The position numbers were made by a program, and so were the translations under genes. Shown piece by piece: positions 16,901 through 26,046 of a stretch of 64,000 nt of DNA; position 1 is the stretch's first letter, and each line of letters opens with the position of its first letter. Source of the stretch: an uncultured Bacteroidota bacterium (GTDB taxonomy: Bacteria > Bacteroidota > Bacteroidia > JADZBD01); assembly GCA_937924855.1 (NCBI GenBank), contig CALEYQ010000043.1:2263-66262 (forward strand), in the 5' to 3' direction. The notes beneath the pieces were generated by a model, which saw only the letters and a program-made list of their open reading frames with translations, was not told where the DNA came from and ran no database searches.

Positions 16901-17626
16901 ATGCTCATCACCACAAGAGGCATTGTTTTCCAAACTCTTCCCTACTCCGACTCTACCGTAATTGCCAAAATTTATACCGAAAATTTCGGACTTCGTTCCT
17001 ATCTGATAAATGCAGCCCACAGTAAAAAGTCGGGCACTAAAGCCCGATTGCTCCAACCCCTTTCGCTGATCGAAATTTCTGCCTATGAAAAAGAAAAGAA
17101 AACCCTGAACCGGGTAAAAGAAATCCGAAACGAGCTTCCCCTGAATTCATGCCTTTCCCGCCCGGAAAAAATGGCTCTGATTTTTTTCATCAACGATATT
17201 CTTCGCCATTCGGTTAAGGAAGAAGAAAAAAATCCTCTCCTTTTTGAATTTCTCCATTCCTCCATTCAGGTGCTTGAACTGGAAGAGCGGAATGTAGCCA
17301 ATTTTCACATTTCGTTTTTGATTCAACTGTCCCGGTATATGGGCATTTTCCCATCCGGAAACTATTCGCCCTTTTGCCGGTTTTTTGACCTCGAAACGGG
17401 TTGCTTCGCACCGAAGCAACCGGCACACCCCAATTTTTTTAACCCCGAATGCAGCGAGCTTCTGTTTCGCTTCTGCCAGTCAGGCTTTCGGGAATCGCCG
17501 GAAATACCCCTTGGCGGGGCACAACGACAAGAGCTTGTGGATGGTTTGATTACCTATTACAGAATCCACCTCGATCCCTTTGGTGATATAGAATCTCACC
17601 TCATTTTACGGGAAGTAATGAAATAA
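16901..17626 (+). CDS. recO: DNA repair protein RecO
   Basis: 241 aa. The N-terminal OB-fold pattern is TRGIVFQTLPYSDSTVIAKIYTENFGLRSYLI, and size and layout are typical of RecO. Confidence 0.75.
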   Translation: MLITTRGIVFQTLPYSDSTVIAKIYTENFGLRSYLINAAHSKKSGTKARLLQPLSLIEISAYEKEKKTLNRVKEIRNELPLNSCLSRPEKMALIFFINDILRHSVKEEEKNPLLFEFLHSSIQVLELEERNVANFHISFLIQLSRYMGIFPSGNYSPFCRFFDLETGCFAPKQPAHPNFFNPECSELLFRFCQSGFRESPEIPLGGAQRQELVDGLITYYRIHLDPFGDIESHLILREVMK

Positions 17627-17662
17627 AGGCGTAGGCGTTCTTCCATTGTTTATTTTTACCCC

Positions 17663-18415
17663 ATGCGTTTTGTGTATGCCCTGCTGGCTGTATTTTCCAT
17701 CACCCTTTTTGCTTTCTCGGTAGTATTAATCCTCCCTGCCTATGTAATTATCTTTTTGTTGTTTCCAAAATCAAAAGCCCCGCATGCGGCCCATGGCCTT
17801 TCAAGATTTTGGGCGTATTATGTTCTGATGATTACTTTCATAAGGCCGGTCATAAAAAACAAAAACCTGATCGACCCCAAAAAAACCTACATATTTATTT
17901 CAAACCATCAGTCACAGCTTGATATTCCTTTTTACGCCATTTCCTGCCGAAACACATTCCGGTTCCTTGCAAAAAAAGAACTCACTAAAATTCCCCTGCT
18001 GGGATACATTATTAAAAACCTTTATCTCACCGTAGATCGGGCAGACAAAAACGACCGGCACAAAAGCATCCAAACCATGTCGCATAGCTTATTGCAAGAA
18101 AAGATTTCGGTTTTCCTTTGTCCGGAAGGAACCCGAAACCGAACCTCCGGCATTCTTTTGCCCTTTAAGGATGGAGCCTTTCGGTTGTCTGCCGAAACCG
18201 GGGTTCCCATAGCCGCACTGATAACTTATAACAGCGGTAGCCGCAACAATCCAAAACAACCCCTTTCGTTGATTCCGGGAACCATCGAGGGAGAATGGCT
18301 TGGTGTTTTTGACCCTCCCGGTAAATCTTCCGAAAGTGTTGAAAAATTAAAGTCGGATATTTATCAGCTTATGGAAAACAAAATCAGAACTTTCAGGAAT
18401 GAAAAAGAAAGGTAG
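17663..18415 (+). CDS. plsC: 1-acyl-sn-glycerol-3-phosphate acyltransferase
   Basis: N-terminal TM, an HX4D motif (NHQSQLD), PEGTRN, and an FKDGAF block. Confidence 0.85.
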   Translation: MRFVYALLAVFSITLFAFSVVLILPAYVIIFLLFPKSKAPHAAHGLSRFWAYYVLMITFIRPVIKNKNLIDPKKTYIFISNHQSQLDIPFYAISCRNTFRFLAKKELTKIPLLGYIIKNLYLTVDRADKNDRHKSIQTMSHSLLQEKISVFLCPEGTRNRTSGILLPFKDGAFRLSAETGVPIAALITYNSGSRNNPKQPLSLIPGTIEGEWLGVFDPPGKSSESVEKLKSDIYQLMENKIRTFRNEKER

Positions 18416-18797
18416 TATTAATGCCGGGAACCTGTTTCTTATGTTGGGAGCCATTGTGCTTTTCGCCATTCCGTTTTATTATCGCCAATACAAAGAACAA
18501 CAAAAGGGCAAACCTGCCGACCCCTGTAAATATTCCTCTGCCATGCATCCGGCGACGGTGCTCAGGATCCAGGAAAAAAACCGCGAAAACTTTGAAGTGT
18601 TTTTTTTGGTTCCCACCGAAGAAAACCGGAATGATACCATTACCTACTCCTCACAGTTTTCTTCGTATGCAAGTCAGGATCAGCTCAACCGGAAAAAAAT
18701 TATTCCCGGCGCAGTATTTACCTGGCAACACATGAAACTCGACAGCGGGTCATGTGAGCCCGAAATTGGCGTTTTAATTCTTGAACCTTTTAAATAA
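18399..18797 (+). CDS. Hypothetical membrane-anchored protein
   Basis: 132-aa ORF with one N-terminal TM (NLFLMLGAIVLFAIPFYY). It overlaps plsC by 17 nt. No family recognised. Confidence 0.4.
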   Translation: MKKKGSINAGNLFLMLGAIVLFAIPFYYRQYKEQQKGKPADPCKYSSAMHPATVLRIQEKNRENFEVFFLVPTEENRNDTITYSSQFSSYASQDQLNRKKIIPGAVFTWQHMKLDSGSCEPEIGVLILEPFK

Positions 18798-18802
18798 GCA
18801 AC

Positions 18803-19813
18803 ATGTCTTCTTTTGAAACATTAAAAAATCTGGTTGAAATAGACTCCCCTTCGGGATACACGCAAAAAGCCTGTGATTATGTGGTTTCGGTAATGAAGAG
18901 CTATGGCAGAAAAGCAACTCTTACGAATAAAGGAGCCGTAAAAGTTTCCCTTGGCGAGAAGCCAAAGCTTGCCATAGCTGCTCATGTTGACACCCTCGGG
19001 CTGATGGTGAGCGGGATTAAATCTAACGGGACATTAACGTTTACCAATATTGGCGGCCCCTCATTAACTTCGGCAGAAGGAGAATATGTGAAGATAATTA
19101 CCCGAAAAGGAAAAACATTTACCGGCACCTTGCTCCTGAACAATCCTTCTTCTCATGCCAATAACAAACGGGAGGAAGAGAAAAGAAATTATTCCACCAT
19201 GCATGTCCGGATCGACGAAGAGGTGTCATCGAAAAAAGAAGTTGAAAAGCTGGGAATTGCAACCGGCGATTTTATTTGTTTTGAGCCCCGTTACCGCGAA
19301 TATGCCAACGGTTTTATCAAATCGCGGTTTATGGATAACAAAGCGGGTTGCTATGTTTTGTTTGAGATTGCCCGGCGGCTTAAGTCTCAGGTGCCGGTGG
19401 AGTTGCTCTTTTCAAATTATGAAGAGGTGGGGCATGGCGGCTCGGGAGGTTATAGCGAAACCATTGAGGAGTTGCTGGTAATTGATATGGGTGTTTTGGG
19501 CGATGATTGCCAGGGGAAAGAAACCGCCTGTTCCGTTTGTGTAAAGGACTCATCAGGCCCTTATGATTTCGGCATGCGGTCGCGGTTGGTGGAATTGGCA
19601 GAAAAAAATAAGATTCCTTTTGTCCAGGATGTTTATCCCCACTATGGCTCCGACGGATCGGCAGCACTGAGAGCAGGAAAAGATTTCAGGGTTGGGTTGA
19701 TCGGGCCCGGGGTGGCTGCGTCGCACGGCGTAGAAAGAACACATAAGAAGGGCATAGAAGCTACCATAAATCTCTGCCTGGCATACATAAAAAAATACTA
19801 TGCCGGAAAATAG
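18803..19813 (+). CDS. M42 family metallopeptidase (glutamyl aminopeptidase / FrvX-like)
   Basis: 336 aa. Motifs are LVEIDSPSGYT, AAHVDTLGLMV, FMDNKAG and SNYEEVGHGG. Confidence 0.75.
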   Translation: MSSFETLKNLVEIDSPSGYTQKACDYVVSVMKSYGRKATLTNKGAVKVSLGEKPKLAIAAHVDTLGLMVSGIKSNGTLTFTNIGGPSLTSAEGEYVKIITRKGKTFTGTLLLNNPSSHANNKREEEKRNYSTMHVRIDEEVSSKKEVEKLGIATGDFICFEPRYREYANGFIKSRFMDNKAGCYVLFEIARRLKSQVPVELLFSNYEEVGHGGSGGYSETIEELLVIDMGVLGDDCQGKETACSVCVKDSSGPYDFGMRSRLVELAEKNKIPFVQDVYPHYGSDGSAALRAGKDFRVGLIGPGVAASHGVERTHKKGIEATINLCLAYIKKYYAGK

Positions 19814-20258
19814 CCCGGTAAGAAAATTTTGGAAATGCCCTTCATGCCAGCGCATATTTAAAGCCAGGAATCAATGGCATTCCTGCCGGAAAGTTGAGGA
19901 GGAAGTCCCCCTGAAAAAGTCCTCTCCGGAAGTTTTGAAAATGTATCAGGAGGTAAAAAAGTTTTGCGCTTCTCTGGGAAAGGTTCACACCTCTATTACA
20001 ATCAATGCCATTTTCATTAAATGCCCATCCACTTTTGTTGCGCTGAAGCCGGGCAAAAATTGGCTCGATGTTGAGTTTTTTACATTGGCGGAGGAAACCG
20101 GGTTTCCGGTTTTTAAAAGTGTCAGGGTTTCTAAAAATCGCTGGGCCTGCAAGATCAGGTACGAAGGAGAAAAAGAAATTTGGGCGGTGATAAAAAAATA
20201 CATTCGGGAAAGCTACAAGATCGTCCAAAAAAAAAGGCCCCTAAGGGCCGGTGATTGA
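19800..20258 (+). CDS. Small zinc-ribbon-like protein, possibly DUF5655 family
   Basis: 152 aa. The N-terminus has WKCPSCQRIF..NQWHSC, followed by a ..FVALKPGKNWLDVEF.. pattern. It overlaps the upstream gene by 14 nt. The family call is from memory only. Confidence 0.4.
   Translation: MPENSPVRKFWKCPSCQRIFKARNQWHSCRKVEEEVPLKKSSPEVLKMYQEVKKFCASLGKVHTSITINAIFIKCPSTFVALKPGKNWLDVEFFTLAEETGFPVFKSVRVSKNRWACKIRYEGEKEIWAVIKKYIRESYKIVQKKRPLRAGD
20227..20249 (-). terminator. Rho-independent terminator of the minus-strand YbjN-like gene, embedded in the 3' codons of the convergent plus-strand ORF
   Basis: The minus strand reads GGCCC-TTAG-GGGCC followed by T9 (plus-strand A9 at 20227..20235). It lies 25 nt past the stop of 20274..20723. 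Confidence 0.7.
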
Positions 20259-20273
20259 GAGGGGGTAAGCAGG

Positions 20274-20723
20274 TCAGACTCTTTGACCGCTGGGAGCAAC
20301 TCCGTAACGATCGCGCAATTTATCATCGTATTCGTCGGCATAGCTTCCAACCCGGTTAAACATAGCCTGGGCTTCACTTTTATCAAGGCCTTCAAGTTCG
20401 CGAATGGTTTTTATGTAAGCCCAGTTTTTATAGATGGTAAAAGCAACCCCGTAAAGGTTGTGATTGATTTCAAGCAGTTCTTTGGTGAACAGATGCTGGT
20501 TATTAATAGGAACCTCAATAACGGGAGCCATAATCTGGCAATAGCCGTAGTCGGTAAGGTTTCCATCTTTGTCTTTCGTTTGCCAAACATCTACCCAGAT
20601 GCTGGCCGAGCCGCGTTTTAGGTTCCACTGGCCTGCGAGTTCGCCCCGGCAAGCCGCAGGGTCAACACCCAGATCGCGGATAATTTCCTCGATCATGTTG
20701 TAATAGTGAGAAATAGCTTCCAT
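20274..20723 (-). CDS. YbjN-like (T3SS-chaperone-like / putative sensory transduction regulator) protein
   Basis: 149 aa, acidic. The pattern W.L.RGSA.I.V....... (GQWNLKRGSASIWVDVWQ) and ELLEINHNLYGVAFTI resemble YbjN-family proteins. Confidence 0.55.
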   Translation of the reverse strand: MEAISHYYNMIEEIIRDLGVDPAACRGELAGQWNLKRGSASIWVDVWQTKDKDGNLTDYGYCQIMAPVIEVPINNQHLFTKELLEINHNLYGVAFTIYKNWAYIKTIRELEGLDKSEAQAMFNRVGSYADEYDDKLRDRYGVAPSGQRV

Positions 20724-20770
20724 TTTTCAGAGGTTTTGGTAATACATTATTTTTAGCCCCAAAGGGAAAA

Positions 20771-20778
20771 CAAAGATA
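20771..20778 (-). promoter_or_regulatory. Candidate -7 box (TATCTTTG on the minus strand)
   Basis: Plus-strand CAAAGATA lies 47 nt upstream of the ATG at 20723. Confidence 0.3.
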
Positions 20779-20856
20779 GTTTTTCCCCAATGTGAACCAA
20801 GGGTTCAGGGGTTTTTATTTACATATATTTCCCCTATCTTTACCGGGAATTGGCTC

Positions 20857-21282
20857 ATGTTCAACCAAAAAAAAGAAAACATGTCAAAAAATAACGGACC
20901 CGACAGCGGAACGGTAAATATTATTGGTGCCGGTACACTTATCGTAGGAGATATTACCACCGGAGGCGACATTCGGATTGACGGGACTTTGCAGGGAACG
21001 CTGCAGGTAAAGGGCCGTCTGGTGCTGGGTGGTTCAGGGAAAATAGAAGGTGAGGTGTCCTGTACCCATGCTGATATTTCAGGAGCCGTAAACGGCAAGA
21101 TTTCCGTGAGTGATTTGCTTGCCTTAAAATCCAGCGCACAGATTACCGGTGAAATTGTTACCAATAAACTGAGTATTGAGCCGGGTGCTAATTTTTCAGG
21201 CACCTGCCAAATGGCCGGAAAAACAACCGCCGCCACTAAAAAAGAACCGGAAACAAAAGAGGAAAAAGCCCTGGCATATTAA
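20857..21282 (+). CDS. Bactofilin (polymer-forming cytoskeletal protein)
   Basis: There is a repetitive beta-helix pattern: IIGAGTLIVGDITTGGDIRIDGTLQGTLQVKGRLVLGGSGKIEGEVSCTHADISGAVNGKI...ITGEIVTNKLSIEPGANFSG. Confidence 0.85.
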   Translation: MFNQKKENMSKNNGPDSGTVNIIGAGTLIVGDITTGGDIRIDGTLQGTLQVKGRLVLGGSGKIEGEVSCTHADISGAVNGKISVSDLLALKSSAQITGEIVTNKLSIEPGANFSGTCQMAGKTTAATKKEPETKEEKALAY

Positions 21283-21316
21283 GAGCTAAGCCGGGAGCCG
21301 AAGAGCAAAACAATCC

Positions 21317-21703
21317 TTGAAAGGCATTTCAAAAATTTATGTAAAGTTTTCACTGCTAACGGCTTTACTTTATATCCTTATTTTCTTTTTTTCCCAAAGC
21401 CCCTCTCTTTCCCACCTTACAAGCCTGCCGGTATGGTTTATCCCCGGATTTTACGGGCTTGTCTTTTTCGCCCACTCTGCCATACTTTTGAAGGCCTCAA
21501 AGGGAAGTCCCCAGGAATTTGTCCGGGCTTTTATGGGCCTAACCTCCATTAAACTGTTTGTTTTGCTTGGCATTCTTGTGGTTTTGTTGTTCGGAGGCAT
21601 TCCAAGGCCAAAGCTCTTCGCCCTGTGGTATCTGGGCTGCTATTTTCTGTATTCTTCGTTGGCTGTCCTTAGCCTTTACCGGCACCTGAAAAACAAGGCT
21701 TAA
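21317..21703 (+). CDS. Small 4-TM membrane protein preceding atpB (AtpI-like / ATP-synthase-associated candidate)
   Basis: 128 aa with a TTG start, four hydrophobic helices and a position immediately upstream of atpB. The family is not recognised with certainty. Confidence 0.45.
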   Translation: MKGISKIYVKFSLLTALLYILIFFFSQSPSLSHLTSLPVWFIPGFYGLVFFAHSAILLKASKGSPQEFVRAFMGLTSIKLFVLLGILVVLLFGGIPRPKLFALWYLGCYFLYSSLAVLSLYRHLKNKA

Positions 21704-21799
21704 TCGTTGATTTCAGGGCCTTTGTAGCCCTGCCCGGCCCATTTGCATTATTGTGAAAAAAAGAAGGCGTATATCGGGGTCGGGAACATAATATTTATA

Positions 21800-21807
21800 T
21801 AGCTTTG
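21800..21807 (+). promoter_or_regulatory. Candidate -7 box TAGCTTTG upstream of atpB
   Basis: It matches TAnnTTTG, 27 nt upstream of ATG 21835. It overlaps the TTG (21805) that the track uses as the start, which argues for the ATG. Confidence 0.35.
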
Positions 21808-21834
21808 CACCCGATTTTTAAACCCTCCGAGGCT

Positions 21835-22986
21835 ATGCCAACCACCATAAAGAGGATGCTATTGCGGAACCTGTTTCTCCTGTTATCTTTTTTCCTTTTT
21901 GCCCCCGGACTTCTTCTTGCGGGCGACCCCGAAGATGTTATAAGGGACACCGCCTCTGTTGTTGCCCGGGAGCCGGAGCAAATCCATGAAAATTCCGGAA
22001 AATTCGATGCCGGCAAAACAATAATTGAACACATTACCGATGCACACGACTGGCATGTGATTGGTCATTTTTCCATTCCCCTTCCTGTTATTATTTACCA
22101 TCCTGACCGGGGATTATCTGTTTTTTCTTCCGGGAAGTTCCACCATGGAGAAAACACTTATGGCGGATATATGCTGAAGGGACAGAAAATTATGGCTGTT
22201 CAGGAGACTGAATCCATCCCCGTTTCCCAGGCCACCGTGGATGAGGCCGCTTCAGAAAAGGTTTGGGATTTCTCCATTACCAAAAACGTATTGTCCCTGT
22301 TTATTTCCTGCGCCCTTTTGTTTTTCATTTTTTACACGGTTGCCAAAACCTATCAAAAACGGGAGGGTCTTGCCCCAAAAGGATTACAGTCGCTGGTTGA
22401 ACCCCTGATTATTTTCGTGCGCGATGATATTGCCCGCAGCAGTATCGGTGAAAAGCACTATAAAAAATTCCTTCCCTTCCTGCTCACGGTTTTCTTTTTC
22501 ATCTGGATAAATAATTTGCTGGGCCTGATACCCATCCCTTTAATTGGAGGCACCAACCTAACCGGTAATATCGGAGTAACCCTTACCCTTGCCGTTTTCA
22601 CTTTTGTAATTACTACCATTAGCGCCAACAAAAATTACTGGCAACACGTATTTGCCATGCCCGGGGTTCCTGTTGGAATTCTTTTCCTGCTAACCCCGAT
22701 TGAAATTCTGGGAGTATTTCTCAGGCCTTTTGTGCTTATGATTCGACTTTTTGCCAATATCACGGCCGGCCACATCATTGCTTTGTCTTTCTTTTCGCTG
22801 ATATTCATCTTCGGCGAAATGAGCACAGGATTAGGCTTTGGAGTTGCCGTGGTATCACTGGCCTTTACCATATTTATGACTGCCCTGGAATTGCTCGTAG
22901 CGTTTTTACAGGCTTATGTGTTTACTTTATTGTCGGCCATTTATTTTGGTTCGGCCGTAGAAGAACACCACGGCGATCATCACTAA
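21835..22986 (+). CDS. atpB: F0F1 ATP synthase subunit a
   Basis: The C-terminal region has LRPFVLMIRLFANITAGHI, the conserved Arg region of subunit a. It is followed by atpE/F/H/A/G. The start was moved to ATG 21835. Confidence 0.9.
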   Translation: MPTTIKRMLLRNLFLLLSFFLFAPGLLLAGDPEDVIRDTASVVAREPEQIHENSGKFDAGKTIIEHITDAHDWHVIGHFSIPLPVIIYHPDRGLSVFSSGKFHHGENTYGGYMLKGQKIMAVQETESIPVSQATVDEAASEKVWDFSITKNVLSLFISCALLFFIFYTVAKTYQKREGLAPKGLQSLVEPLIIFVRDDIARSSIGEKHYKKFLPFLLTVFFFIWINNLLGLIPIPLIGGTNLTGNIGVTLTLAVFTFVITTISANKNYWQHVFAMPGVPVGILFLLTPIEILGVFLRPFVLMIRLFANITAGHIIALSFFSLIFIFGEMSTGLGFGVAVVSLAFTIFMTALELLVAFLQAYVFTLLSAIYFGSAVEEHHGDHH

Positions 22987-23039
22987 GAAAAAAAAGGCCC
23001 CACCGGTTGTGTTTCGTTTCCGGGAAAGGCTGAAAATAA

Positions 23040-23321
<282 letters not shown>

Positions 23322-23330
23322 CCAATTCAT

Positions 23331-23361
23331 CCGGGTTTTCGGCGGTTGGCCGAAAGCCCGG
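23331..23361 (+). promoter_or_regulatory. 13-bp intercistronic stem-loop between atpE and atpF
   Basis: CCGGGTTTTCGGC-GGTTG-GCCGAAAGCCCGG forms 12 Watson-Crick pairs plus one G-U. It is followed by an A-rich rather than a U-rich tail. Confidence 0.6.
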
Positions 23362-23378
23362 ATTTAAAAACTAAAAAA

Positions 23379-23873
23379 ATGGAATTAGTAAAACCCGAAT
23401 TTGGATTGTTGTTTTGGATGCTGGTATCCTTCAGCACCATCCTGTTTTTATTGAAAAAATTTGCCTGGAAGCCCATTCTTAAAATGCTTCACGACCGGGA
23501 AGAGTCTATCCAAAAGGCTCTTGATTCCGCCGAAAAAGCAAAGGAAGAGATGAAAGCCCTTCAGGCCAACAACGAAAGAGTGCTTCTGGAAGCCAAAATT
23601 GAGCGTGACCGGATTTTAAAAGAAGCCCGCGAGTTAAAAGACTCCATCATCGGTGAAGCCAAAACAAAAGCCCAGGCCGAAGGGGAAAAAATGCTTGCCA
23701 TTGCACGCGAGAACATCAACAATGAAAAAATGGCGGCCATTACCGAACTGAAAAATCAGGTAGCCAAACTTTCCATAGAAATTGCCGAAAAAATTCTCCG
23801 TGAAGAATTATCTTCTCAGGAAAAGCAAAAGCAACTTGTAAAGGCATTGCTCGACGACGTAAAACTTAACTGA
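23379..23873 (+). CDS. atpF: F0F1 ATP synthase subunit b
   Basis: One N-terminal TM (FGLLFWMLVSFSTILFLL) followed by a long charged coiled coil. The start was moved to ATG 23379; the track's TTG at 23346 lies inside the stem-loop. Confidence 0.85.
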   Translation: MELVKPEFGLLFWMLVSFSTILFLLKKFAWKPILKMLHDREESIQKALDSAEKAKEEMKALQANNERVLLEAKIERDRILKEARELKDSIIGEAKTKAQAEGEKMLAIARENINNEKMAAITELKNQVAKLSIEIAEKILREELSSQEKQKQLVKALLDDVKLN

Positions 23874-23875
23874 TC

Positions 23876-24433
23876 ATGAAAGGCTCGCTTCTTGCCGTAC
23901 GGTATGCCAAATCGCTTCTCGGTTTCGCCCTTGAACAAGGGGAGCTTGAGCGGGTGTATCAGGACATTCGCCTTATCCTCAACACCTGCAACGAGAACAA
24001 AGAACTCCGCGTGGTGATGAACAGCCCTATCATTGGCACCGAAAAAAAGAAAGAAATTCTGGAGTCTCTTTTTGGTAAGCACATTTCCAAAATTACCCTG
24101 GGATATTTTTCTTTATTGGCAAGCAAACACAGAGAAGGGTATATTATTCCTATTTGCGAGCAATTCATAGAGCAATACAAAAAGCACAAGCATATTCTTA
24201 CCGCTGTTATCACAACCGCCACCGGTCTTGATGAGGAGGTGAGAGGACTTGTAAAAAAACTTATCAGCGATTCCTTCAAAACCGACATTGATTTGCAAGA
24301 GGTGGTGGACCCAAAAATCATCGGGGGTTTCGTGTTGAGGGTTGGCGACAAACAAGACGATACCAGCATAGCACGGAAAATCAGACTCCTTACCCGTACA
24401 TTCAGCGAAAACCCATACATTAAAGAATATTAA
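23876..24433 (+). CDS. atpH: F0F1 ATP synthase subunit delta
   Basis: 185 aa in the OSCP/delta position between b and alpha. The C-terminus is IIGGFVLRVGDKQDDTSIA. Confidence 0.85.
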   Translation: MKGSLLAVRYAKSLLGFALEQGELERVYQDIRLILNTCNENKELRVVMNSPIIGTEKKKEILESLFGKHISKITLGYFSLLASKHREGYIIPICEQFIEQYKKHKHILTAVITTATGLDEEVRGLVKKLISDSFKTDIDLQEVVDPKIIGGFVLRVGDKQDDTSIARKIRLLTRTFSENPYIKEY

Positions 24434-24454
24434 AACAGCAAATAAACCATAGAC

Positions 24455-26035
24455 ATGGCAGAAGTAAAACCCGCAGAAGTATCTGCAATATTAAGACAGC
24501 AATTAGCAGGATTTCATACTGCATCGGAATTGGAAGAAGTGGGATCCGTATTGCAGGTGGGTGATGGTATTGCCCGCATTTACGGATTGAATAATGTGCA
24601 GTCCGGAGAATTGATTGAATTCGAAAACGGCCTGAAAGGAATCGTACTGAACCTTGAAGAAGATAACGTAGGAGCCGTTCTTTTGGGTGTTTCTACCGAT
24701 ATTAAAGAAGGCGACACGGTAAAGAGAACCGGAAAAATTGCTTCTATTCCTGTAGGAGAAGGCATGCTGGGCAGGGTGGTAAACACACTCGGAGAGCCTA
24801 TTGACGGAAAAGGTCCCATCAAGGGAGAAATGTTTGAAATGCCTATTGAGCGTAAAGCTCCTGGAGTTATTTACCGTCAGCCTGTAAACGAACCCCTGCA
24901 AACCGGTATCAAAGCCATCGACGCTATGATTCCTATTGGCCGTGGGCAGAGGGAGCTAATCATCGGTGACCGTCAGACCGGAAAAACCGCTGTTGCTCTG
25001 GATACTATCATTAACCAAAAAGAATTTTACGAGGCGGGACAACCTGTTTTCTGTATTTATGTAGCCGTGGGTCAGAAAGGATCTACCGTTGCAAACGTTC
25101 AGCGCGTGCTGGAAGAAAACGGTGCCATGCCCTATACCGTTATTGTTTCGGCCACGGCATCAGACCCTGCTCCCATGCAGTTTTATGCGCCTATGGCCGG
25201 AGCTGCCATCGGAGAGTTTTTCCGTGATACCGGACGGCCGGCTCTGATTGTTTATGATGATTTGTCAAAACAGGCCGTTGCCTACCGCGAAGTTTCGCTG
25301 CTTCTGCGTCGTCCTCCCGGCCGGGAAGCTTATCCCGGAGATGTATTTTATCTTCACTCCCGCCTCCTCGAAAGGTCGGCAAAGATTAATGCCTCTTTCG
25401 ATGTAGCCAAAAACATGAACGACCTGCCCGATTCTTTGAAGAACAAAGTAAAAGGTGGCGGATCGCTTACCGCTCTTCCCATCATTGAAACACAGGCCGG
25501 TGACGTTTCGGCTTATATTCCAACTAACGTAATTTCGATCACCGACGGACAGATATTCCTTGAGGCAAACCTGTTTAACTCAGGGGTGCGCCCGGCCATT
25601 AACGTGGGTATCTCGGTTTCTCGCGTGGGTGGTAATGCTCAGATCAAATCCATGAAGAAGGTAGCAGGAACGCTTAAGCTCGACCAGGCTCAGTATCGTG
25701 AACTGGAAGCTTTTGCAAAGTTCGGTTCCGACCTTGACGCAGCCACAAAATCGGTGCTTGACAAAGGTTCCCGCAACGTGGAAATCCTCAAACAAAATCA
25801 GTTCAGCCCATTAAGGGTTGAGCAGCAGATTGCAATTATTTACTGCGGAGCGAAAGGTCTTTTGAAAAACGTTCCCTTGAATAAAGTAAAAGAGTTTGAG
25901 GCCGATTTCCTTCAGTATATGGAAACCAAGCACAAAGACATCTTAAACGAACTGAAATCCGGAAAGCTCGACGAAAAAATTACCGGCACGCTTGAGCATG
26001 TAGCTGCCGACCTTTCAAAAAAGTACTCCGCCTGA
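24455..26035 (+). CDS. atpA: F0F1 ATP synthase subunit alpha
   Basis: Walker A GDRQTGKT, plus many alpha-specific blocks ([31 protein letters not shown]). Confidence 0.97.
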   Translation: MAEVKPAEVSAILRQQLAGFHTASELEEVGSVLQVGDGIARIYGLNNVQSGELIEFENGLKGIVLNLEEDNVGAVLLGVSTDIKEGDTVKRTGKIASIPVGEGMLGRVVNTLGEPIDGKGPIKGEMFEMPIERKAPGVIYRQPVNEPLQTGIKAIDAMIPIGRGQRELIIGDRQTGKTAVALDTIINQKEFYEAGQPVFCIYVAVGQKGSTVANVQRVLEENGAMPYTVIVSATASDPAPMQFYAPMAGAAIGEFFRDTGRPALIVYDDLSKQAVAYREVSLLLRRPPGREAYPGDVFYLHSRLLERSAKINASFDVAKNMNDLPDSLKNKVKGGGSLTALPIIETQAGDVSAYIPTNVISITDGQIFLEANLFNSGVRPAINVGISVSRVGGNAQIKSMKKVAGTLKLDQAQYRELEAFAKFGSDLDAATKSVLDKGSRNVEILKQNQFSPLRVEQQIAIIYCGAKGLLKNVPLNKVKEFEADFLQYMETKHKDILNELKSGKLDEKITGTLEHVAADLSKKYSA

Positions 26036-26046
26036 TACACTGAATT

